IMG/VR virus record: IMGVR_UViG_3300042972_000018
Span: 1 to 35,263 of that record
Direction: 5' to 3' (one strand)
Source of the DNA: a virus
Taxonomy: Duplodnaviria > Caudoviricetes
DNA: 35,263 nucleotides
The notes below the pieces were generated by a model. That model worked only from the letters and a program-made list of their open reading frames with translations. It did not search any database and was not told where the DNA came from. A program made the translations under genes and the position numbers. This document shows, piece after piece, positions 1-6,252 of this stretch (position 1 is its first letter; every line of letters begins with the position of its first letter).

Positions 1-43
1 AATCGTTATTTTTTATTGGTTATTTTTTTATTTACGTATGCTT

Positions 44-268
44 TTAATATTTCAAAAACGGGGTATAATTTTTGTCTAATCCGTACACTTTCCACTTCCC
101 GTCTTTATTGCTCTTATGAAAAATTTCATACTTTTCATAATCTTCTAACCCAAGCATTCCCTCAGCGTAATCGCTAACACCCATTGTGTATTTTTCGCCA
201 TTTACAGTAACAGCATCACTGTCGGTAAAATCTACCTTTACACCTTCTATAATAAATACCTTCTTCAT
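44..268 (-). CDS. Hypothetical AT-rich accessory protein (moron-like, or a flanking gene); start probably at 268 or 301 rather than 340
   Basis: ORF track 44..340. A TATATTTG -7 element on the - strand at 313-320 lies inside the longer ORF, which favours a later ATG (MKKVFII...). Confidence 0.55.
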   Translation of the reverse strand: MKKVFIIEGVKVDFTDSDAVTVNGEKYTMGVSDYAEGMLGLEDYEKYEIFHKSNKDGKWKVYGLDKNYTPFLKY

Positions 269-415
269 AATCGTAATTTTTTTTAGTGTTATTATCTTCA
301 TTGTTTCTACTTGCAAATATACGGACTTTTTTCTTATCATGCAACATTTGGTGCTACTATTTTTGATAGTTGCACTTGTTTTTAACTCTTTTTAAGGATT
401 AAGGCTAAAATCAAC

Positions 416-449
416 AAAAAATTGCCCAGAGCATCACTGCTGTGGGCAA
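416..449 (-). terminator. Intrinsic terminator with GNRA (GTGA) loop
   Basis: - strand TTGCCCA-C-AGCA-GTGA-TGCT-C-TGGGCAA followed by a T run. Confidence 0.65.
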
Positions 450-498
450 CCATCTGCAATTAGACTCCCGGCAAAAGGCCGACAGTCTAATAAAATAA
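416..498 (-). ncRNA. Candidate small RNA (~80 nt)
   Basis: TATCTTTG -7 element at 505-512 (- strand), stem-loop at 459-491, terminator at 416-449, and no ORF in the track in between. Confidence 0.35.
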
Positions 499-547
499 TC
501 GATGCAAAGATACGAATATTTTTTGTTTGATCGTGAAAATATCAAAT

Positions 548-580
548 AAAAAAGCCTCTATCATCGCTGACCGAGGCTTT
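548..580 (-). terminator. Intrinsic terminator after the endolysin (end of late operon)
   Basis: AAAGCCTC (551-558) / GAGGCTTT (573-580) stem, GCGA loop on the - strand, followed by Ts. Confidence 0.7.
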
Positions 581-635
581 GAATGTAAATAATTAAAATA
601 AAATTAAAGATTTCATATGGATAAAAATTGATTGA

Positions 636-1169
636 TTATATGTACTGTTTTGCCCTATTATAATACTCGAGTCTGTCATAATAACCGTTGTAGCCACCGT
701 TGATTACCTTGGTGATTGCGCGGAAACTCCCATAATCGGCTAACCTATTGAGTCCATGCTTCCACCACCACCAGCACGCGGACCGTATTGCATAGTCGGG
801 CTGCTCGAGCAGTTCGGGATGGTCCACAAAGTCAATCCCCAACGCCCTGGAGACCTCGATGTAATTGTCCTTGCCTGTGATCTGTATAGCGCCGCGCCCT
901 TTATACTTTTGACCGTCTCCGTCCTTTTCGGGGGTGTTTCCGAGTTTTTCGGCCAACTTGCCGGTATCATAAGCCGCACCGGATGCTATTTCCTTAGTGT
1001 ACTTTAGCCCTGCGGTCTCATGGAGGATCTGCGCCAAAAACGCAGCCTGCCGCAGGGGGTTAGCGATGCTGTAGTACGGCATCCACTTGTTAAGAATCGG
1101 AACGTACAACTTGATTTTGTCATCCTGAATATTTGGAGCGATCTGCTTTAATTTCTTTTCCGTTATCAT
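636..1169 (-). CDS. Endolysin, glycoside hydrolase family 19 (chitinase-like)
   Basis: Motifs AFLAQILHET, DGQKYKGRGAIQITGKDNY, SACWWW and ITKVINGGYNG are typical of phage GH19 lysins. Last gene of the lysis cassette. Confidence 0.92.
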   Translation of the reverse strand: MITEKKLKQIAPNIQDDKIKLYVPILNKWMPYYSIANPLRQAAFLAQILHETAGLKYTKEIASGAAYDTGKLAEKLGNTPEKDGDGQKYKGRGAIQITGKDNYIEVSRALGIDFVDHPELLEQPDYAIRSACWWWWKHGLNRLADYGSFRAITKVINGGYNGYYDRLEYYNRAKQYI

Positions 1170-1714
1170 TTACCTACAATCTTCTTAATTTTGTCTATCA
1201 AATTAAACTTAATGGTCAGCCATGCCAAGACTCCCAAAATCACGACGATCGTAAACGCCAGGGCGACCTTGTATATTGCAGGTGTACTCTTGACTGTTTT
1301 TGTCGGATTGGACTTGGTGACATAAGCGGTATGGTCAACGTGCACAGTATCGGTCTTGGCGAGTGTTTGCCGGTCCGTACTGTTATGGTCGGTAGCCTTA
1401 TTGGCCGTATGTGACTGATAAGCCTCCCTCGTATGGTCGATGGTGTGCGAGAGCACCTTGCCGTCCGGACCGATTTGGATGACCTCATGTATCTTGTCGA
1501 CGGTAGAGTCATTGGCCTTGTCTGATGATCTCTCACTCAGGGAGTCCACGTTTGCCTTTACAGAGTTGGTCACGACAACAGTATCTCTTACGGCCGTCTG
1601 CTTTTCGGCAAGCCGTGACGTCCTGCAACCTGACAACGACAGTAGCACAACTGCCGTCATCAGGATTAATAATTCACTTCTTAGTCTCATCATCGTTATA
1701 TCTTTTACGTTCAT
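1166..1714 (-). CDS. Putative unimolecular spanin (lipoprotein signal plus C-terminal TM helix); start at 1693-1726 uncertain
   Basis: Lipobox LLSLSG-C, hydrophilic middle region, C-terminal TM VALAFTIVVILGVLAWLTI. Lies between holin and endolysin. Confidence 0.7.
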   Translation of the reverse strand: MNVKDITMMRLRSELLILMTAVVLLSLSGCRTSRLAEKQTAVRDTVVVTNSVKANVDSLSERSSDKANDSTVDKIHEVIQIGPDGKVLSHTIDHTREAYQSHTANKATDHNSTDRQTLAKTDTVHVDHTAYVTKSNPTKTVKSTPAIYKVALAFTIVVILGVLAWLTIKFNLIDKIKKIVGK

Positions 1715-1955
1715 TTCTCTCGCCAACGGCTTTTGTCAGTCCTGCGGTGGCAAACAGGGCGGATATGGCCGTTATGTATGTCGCCAACCCCCTGAGGTCG
1801 GTATGTATCGTGCCGGTCTTGATCACCTCGTAGACCAAAACAAACGCTCCGGCCAGCAACATCAGACACCCGATTACCGTAACGGCGACTAGAAAAAATG
1901 CCTTGGACGATACACCGGAGTCCGACACGATCAGATCCTTAAAAAAGTTGCTCAT
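1674..1955 (-). CDS. Putative holin (2 TM helices)
   Basis: MSNFFKDLIVSDSGVSSKAF start, two hydrophobic helices, charged C-terminus, lysis context. Confidence 0.7.
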   Translation of the reverse strand: MSNFFKDLIVSDSGVSSKAFFLVAVTVIGCLMLLAGAFVLVYEVIKTGTIHTDLRGLATYITAISALFATAGLTKAVGERNERKRYNDDETKK

Positions 1956-1956
1956 C

Positions 1957-2202
1957 TTATTTGTCCGCTTTATTGTCATTTAACTGCGTCACCTTGATTT
2001 GGATGTCATTTATTTTGTCCATCAGCTCTTTCATGTTTTTGTCGGATTTTCCTTGATTGTCCATCAGGGTCTGATGATCGTTTTGCACCTCGACCTCAAG
2101 GATCGAGATGCGGGAGTTGGTATGTGACCAGGCAAAGATGCTGGAGACGATGACCGGCACCATGACCGCGATAAATGTATTGCGTAGCGTCTTGTCCATC
2201 AT
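1957..2202 (-). CDS. Small membrane-anchored coiled-coil lysis-associated protein (holin/antiholin-like)
   Basis: Real start probably MMDKTLRN (2202), since the longer ORF overlaps the upstream gene. One TM helix plus a coiled coil. Confidence 0.55.
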   Translation of the reverse strand: MMDKTLRNTFIAVMVPVIVSSIFAWSHTNSRISILEVEVQNDHQTLMDNQGKSDKNMKELMDKINDIQIKVTQLNDNKADK

Positions 2203-2206
2203 CCCA

Positions 2207-2590
2207 TCATTTTGAGGTTGTTGCATCAGGGTCAGGGTCTGCGGTAGGATCAGGGGCGGTCGTGGATGTTGCATTTGACTCTGTGCCGGATGCAGGATCA
2301 GGATCGGATGCCGGTGCAGGGGTGATGTTTGCATTAGCCTCAGCATAGAGACTGTTGATCACGTCTGCGATTGCAGGGAGGGTCGTGGGGTCCTTGACTG
2401 CAATAGTATTGCTCGTACCGTCATAGTTGGCGTTTCCTGCAAAGACACCGTTAAGGTCGGTAATGGTGACGCGGAATGTCTTCAGTTGGCCGTCTGTATA
2501 CGTATACTGGATGGCATAATCGTTGGTTGCTGATTTGTAGTCTCCAGTAATCAGCGTCTGTTGAGTTTGGATTGTAATTAGCTTTCCCAT
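2207..2590 (-). CDS. Hypothetical protein with Pro/Asp/Thr-rich tail; paralog of 5517..5912
   Basis: Aligns by eye with 5517..5912 (LI...TL..G.Y...Y..QYT...G..K..R....D...FAG.AN...N...V.D...L.AI.DV...Y.EA). Confidence 0.75.
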   Translation of the reverse strand: MGKLITIQTQQTLITGDYKSATNDYAIQYTYTDGQLKTFRVTITDLNGVFAGNANYDGTSNTIAVKDPTTLPAIADVINSLYAEANANITPAPASDPDPASGTESNATSTTAPDPTADPDPDATTSK

Positions 2591-2648
2591 ATTTTTATAA
2601 TTTATATCTCTTTACTATTACATGAGGATGCATGATTTAGGTGGCAAA

Positions 2649-2777
2649 TTATGACAGTCTGATGTGTATCTTGCCACCACTTTTCCAAATCTCGACAAAA
2701 TATTTTGATTTTAGATAGTCGACAAAATCCATATCGAGCACGTCCGTCTCGATGTCGATGTCACTAGAGCTCTCCAT
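2649..2777 (-). CDS. Unannotated 42-aa protein overlapping the RT stop (MESSSDIDIETDVLDMDFVDYLKSKYFVEIWKSGGKIHIRLS)
   Basis: Hand-translated ATG(2777) to TAA(2649), preceded by AGGAGG. Fills the gap between the RT and the next gene. Confidence 0.5.
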   Translation of the reverse strand: MESSSDIDIETDVLDMDFVDYLKSKYFVEIWKSGGKIHIRLS

Positions 2778-3945
2778 TTGCTATCCTCCTTATAATCTGT
2801 GTCCTTGTCTTATATTCGTCACGCAAAGCCAGGCATTTATAATGCCCCTTGATGTAGATATAGTTAAAAAGCCTATCATCTATCATGTCGAGCACTTTCC
2901 GTCTGTTGGCATATTCATTGTAATGACCGAGCAATCCGAGATACGAGTTAATGCTATTGACGCATTTCTTGATTTCTCCTATTGCCTTTGCATGGTTGAG
3001 TGCCCCTATGGCGCTCCTCAGATTGCCGATTGTTCTGTTCATGGCATACACTCTCCCAGGCTTGACTACGGCGCCTGTGAACGGCACGCCCTTGGAGCAG
3101 TGCTGGAAATAAAATTTCTTCGTATTCAACCTTAGCCCGATAGCCGATAACTCTTTCCTGATTATCGGAACGAGATTTAAAAGCCGTTCCTTGTCGGTCG
3201 AAATGCAATACATATCATCAACGTATCTTCCATGGTATTTCGTTCCGTACTTTTCGATAAGCCAATCAATTCTGTTAAGGTAAAAGTTCGCAAATAGCTG
3301 CGAAAACAGATTTCCGATTGCAAGCCCCTTGCCTTTGCCGTTTGTAAAAAGCGACTTTTCCTTTGGAATGTGACTCCAAAGACTATCCGGGCTTTTTCTG
3401 ATGCAATTTTTCTGCGGCTCGTGCATGATGACCGCCTTGCACAAAAATCTCAAATCCTCCTTGTCCTCTCCGTTATAGTTGCTGACAACGAAATCGTCTA
3501 TCATGGATGCCATAATGGATTTGCCAATCGACATGAAAAATCCCTTGATGTCGAGCGTCATGCAATAACAGTCCGTCTTGTAGTCGCGGCTGCACTCCCT
3601 CATGTCGTTTTTAAGACATTCAACTCCGTACAACTGTCCCTTGTCCTTTCGGCAATTAAAAGTTCTGTCGTTGAACGCACGCTCGAATAGCGGTTCTAGC
3701 CTGATGGCAATGTAATGATGGATGATTCTGTCTTCAAAAGCGGCGGCAAACACTTCCCGATAACGTGGCCGTGTGACCACAAAACAGATTGACTTGCCCG
3801 GAGCATAAGTCCTACAGTTTACTCTGTCCCTTAACTCTATGAGTTTCGGCACATAGTCCATTTCGTATTCTATTGCGCTCGCTGTTCTCCGCTTTCCTCT
3901 GCGGCAGACGAAATACGCTTGCAGGAGATTCTCAAGGTTTATCAT
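2764..3945 (-). CDS. DGR reverse transcriptase
   Basis: GLAIGNLFSQLFAN (the DGR-type [LIV]GxxxSQ motif), RYVDD catalytic motif, REVFAAAFEDRIIHH, LDIKGFF. 393 aa, adjacent to TR and avd. Confidence 0.97.
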   Translation of the reverse strand: MINLENLLQAYFVCRRGKRRTASAIEYEMDYVPKLIELRDRVNCRTYAPGKSICFVVTRPRYREVFAAAFEDRIIHHYIAIRLEPLFERAFNDRTFNCRKDKGQLYGVECLKNDMRECSRDYKTDCYCMTLDIKGFFMSIGKSIMASMIDDFVVSNYNGEDKEDLRFLCKAVIMHEPQKNCIRKSPDSLWSHIPKEKSLFTNGKGKGLAIGNLFSQLFANFYLNRIDWLIEKYGTKYHGRYVDDMYCISTDKERLLNLVPIIRKELSAIGLRLNTKKFYFQHCSKGVPFTGAVVKPGRVYAMNRTIGNLRSAIGALNHAKAIGEIKKCVNSINSYLGLLGHYNEYANRRKVLDMIDDRLFNYIYIKGHYKCLALRDEYKTRTQIIRRIANGEL

Positions 3946-3965
3946 TTTTTGCTTGCTTTCAAAAG

Positions 3966-4064
3966 TGCTGAGACTGCCCTAACGTGACCTGAGTTGCTCG
4001 CCTTAGTGTTCCAGTTGTTGAGGTTGCCATCGTTGAGGTACAGATTCCAAGCGTTAGAACTGCC
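3966..4064 (-). repeat. DGR template repeat (TR), 99 bp
   Basis: Reads GSSNAWNLYLNDGNLNNWNTKASNSGHVRAVSA in the target frame, with 8 AAY codons and 29 adenines. Matches 4608-4706 and 30725-30819. Confidence 0.96.
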
Positions 4065-4137
4065 TATATGCTATATTGTCTTGCCCTTAACCGTGAATGA
4101 CGGTATATAGCCCATTTGTCGGAAGCAACACACCCGG

Positions 4138-4539
4138 TCAGCCTTGGCTTGTCCGGTTCCCGCATTTTTCGCCCACGCTGATGAGCGAACTCTTCCATGC
4201 TGTGCTCTGTCTTCCAATTGATTCCATCATCTCGGAGATATGTGCGTGCCGCCCTAAACTTATCCACTTTCTCTCGCCTGCAATCCGAACAAGGGTCTTG
4301 AGCACCTCGAACGACACCTGAAAATCAGTCAGCGCCCCAATTCTGACGGAAAGCGGTTTTTCCATGTATGCTTTCGTAACGAGCAAAAGGAGGTTGATTG
4401 AGATGTCGTGCATTTTCCCGCCTATGGTGTACTTGTACGCACGTGGAAAATTGACTGTGATGTCGAGGATTTCATCGAGCAAATGCCTCATGTCGATGTA
4501 GATTCTCGTCCTTGATGCAAGTTTGAGTTTGTTTGCCAT
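4138..4539 (-). CDS. avd: Avd-like accessory variability determinant (four-helix bundle)
   Basis: 133 aa, basic and helical, with FPRAYKYTIG and IGRQSTAW motifs. Lies between target and TR. Confidence 0.9.
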   Translation of the reverse strand: MANKLKLASRTRIYIDMRHLLDEILDITVNFPRAYKYTIGGKMHDISINLLLLVTKAYMEKPLSVRIGALTDFQVSFEVLKTLVRIAGERKWISLGRHAHISEMMESIGRQSTAWKSSLISVGEKCGNRTSQG

Positions 4540-4554
4540 TTTTTAATTTATAAC

Positions 4555-4574
4555 GCCGCACCTTAAAGTGCGGC
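4555..4574. promoter_or_regulatory. DGR target-recognition hairpin/cruciform downstream of VR1
   Basis: Perfect 7-bp inverted repeat GCCGCAC-cttaaa-GTGCGGC, 21 nt past the stop codon of the target gene. Confidence 0.75.
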
Positions 4575-4595
4575 TAAAGAACCATTGACCACTGA

Positions 4596-5510
4596 CTACG
4601 AAATAAATGCTGAGACTGCCCTAACGTGACCTGAGTTGCTCGCCTTAGTGCGCCAGTAGTTGAGGTAGCCATCGATGAGGTACAGAAACCAAGCGGTAGA
4701 ACTGCCGTTTTCCGTTGAAGTCCAATACCAAGCTTCTGCCAACTGTGTTGCACCCGAGATGAGACTTAGCGCATAATTGACCTTAACCATGTTGGCGTAT
4801 ACCATCATCCATTCGGCAACGGAGGGTAGCCACCATTTTCCTGTCGTCAGCCCTGCACCCTTTGAATTTGTCCTACTATATAAGTTGCAAAAGCCGGGGG
4901 CGTAACTTGCGGTGTTGGTTACTGCATTTGCGGTAGACGCTGCAATCTGCGCTGCGGTATTTGCCTTTCCGTTCCAATCGTTCATCGCTGCCACCCTGTC
5001 GCCTGTGCTCGTTCCACCGCCTGTTATTGCAGCGGATGACCACAAAAGTGTCGTGGGTGATTCTGTCGGGGCTACAACCAGCACGTGACCGCCCTCGACA
5101 ATGGCCACTCCGTCCGCAATTTCTCCCGAATTTTCGTAGGATTTCCACTTGTAGGGTTTGACCATCAAAGGGTAATTGTCGGACGCACGATGGAACATGA
5201 CAAAAACTCCGTCCTCCATCATGCTCAGGGTATGTCCTCCGAGTAACGAGGTCTGTAGATTTTGCGGAGTAACTAGCTTTCCGCTTTTGTCTGTGTCCGC
5301 CATCACCAGTTTCTGTCCTGTCGACAGGGTGGTAACCTCTGCCGATGCATCTATCAAAGCCTCTCTGACAACCTTAATTAAGTCTGATTTTTTAATTGAT
5401 GTTGACTTTCCGCCAACCACCAACCTCACCAAGTCAGTATCACCGAACGTTGTAACTGGAGTAAGGCTAGCTTCCTTGGTAAAACCTTTGCCTGTTGTTG
5501 TATCTGCCAT
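4596..5510 (-). CDS. DGR target protein 1 with C-terminal C-type-lectin-like variable domain; likely receptor-binding/tail-associated adhesin
   Basis: WWLPSVAEW...WYWTSTE...AW...VRAVSAF C-terminus typical of CLec-fold DGR targets. Contains VR1 and follows the tail fibre genes. Confidence 0.9.
   Translation of the reverse strand: MADTTTGKGFTKEASLTPVTTFGDTDLVRLVVGGKSTSIKKSDLIKVVREALIDASAEVTTLSTGQKLVMADTDKSGKLVTPQNLQTSLLGGHTLSMMEDGVFVMFHRASDNYPLMVKPYKWKSYENSGEIADGVAIVEGGHVLVVAPTESPTTLLWSSAAITGGGTSTGDRVAAMNDWNGKANTAAQIAASTANAVTNTASYAPGFCNLYSRTNSKGAGLTTGKWWLPSVAEWMMVYANMVKVNYALSLISGATQLAEAWYWTSTENGSSTAWFLYLIDGYLNYWRTKASNSGHVRAVSAFIS
4608..4706 (-). repeat. Variable region VR1
   Basis: 99-bp ungapped match to TR with 8 mismatches, all at TR adenines (coding strand). 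Confidence 0.96.
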
Positions 5511-5516
5511 AATTCT

Positions 5517-5912
5517 TTAATCTTTAGGTTCTTTAGGATCTGTTGCTTCTGTTGTATCGGTCGAATCAGATGGCTCTGTTGGATCAGCAGGCTTATCCGA
5601 ATCCGTTGGCTCTGCAGGTGTTGCAGGTGCAGGAGGTGTAGCAACACTTGCAACTGCCTCGTTATAGATGTTGGTTACTACGTCTGTAATGGCGGATAAC
5701 ATAGACTGATCTCTTACGACCACGCTATTGTTGTTGTCCGAGAAGTTTGCAGAGCCTGCAAAGGTGTTGTTATCTTTATCCATAACTTCAATTCTCATTG
5801 ATTTCACTTTGCCTTCCGAATGAGTGTACTGTAGACTGTATTTGTACTTGTCCGATAGATAAGTGCCTTTGACCAAAGTTTCTGTTGCTGATACATTAAT
5901 TAAGTTTGCCAT
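5517..5912 (-). CDS. Hypothetical protein with Pro/Asp/Glu/Thr-rich tail; paralog of 2207..2590
   Basis: ORF track; similarity to 2207..2590. Confidence 0.75.
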   Translation of the reverse strand: MANLINVSATETLVKGTYLSDKYKYSLQYTHSEGKVKSMRIEVMDKDNNTFAGSANFSDNNNSVVVRDQSMLSAITDVVTNIYNEAVASVATPPAPATPAEPTDSDKPADPTEPSDSTDTTEATDPKEPKD

Positions 5913-5929
5913 GATTTTCTGTTTTAAAA

Positions 5930-6235
5930 TTATTTTTTAATCTTCTTTCCCTTTTCCAAAACGCTGTCCTCTTTGATGATCTTATCGAGGATCGGAATGA
6001 CTGCTCTCTGTATGTAGAGGTATATTCCGTTATTTAGGATACATTTCTTAATCAACTCGGCACGTGCTGTGTTGACTTCGATTTCGCCTTTACCGTAAAT
6101 TTCTTTCCCCAATGTCATTTCTTCATTTGTAAGGGCTTTACGGTACATAGTATCGCCGAGAGACTTAGCAATATTGACTATGATAGTCTTTCCCTCTACA
6201 TTCTCACACTTAACTACTTCAAAATTTACTTTCAT
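5930..6235 (-). CDS. Hypothetical protein, possible tail-fibre assembly chaperone
   Basis: 101-aa ORF directly downstream of the tail fibre gene; function inferred from position only. Confidence 0.55.
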   Translation of the reverse strand: MKVNFEVVKCENVEGKTIIVNIAKSLGDTMYRKALTNEEMTLGKEIYGKGEIEVNTARAELIKKCILNNGIYLYIQRAVIPILDKIIKEDSVLEKGKKIKK

Positions 6236-6252
6236 AATATTTTATATTTAAA

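Larger units (their letters stand above)
2764..5510 (-). mobile_element. Diversity-generating retroelement cassette (target-VR, hairpin, avd, TR, RT)
   Basis: Same gene order as the Bordetella phage BPP-1 DGR (mtd-avd-TR-brt), with adenine-specific TR/VR mismatches. Confidence 0.97.

Noticed and set aside
1-420. Prophage att site or integrase
   Set aside because: No integrase, tRNA or matching direct repeat is recognisable in the window, so the boundaries cannot be placed.
2764-3945. RT as a group II intron, retron or Abi-type RT
   Set aside because: It has the GxxxSQ motif, an adjacent avd and A-specific TR/VR pairs, and no maturase/endonuclease extension. It is a DGR RT.
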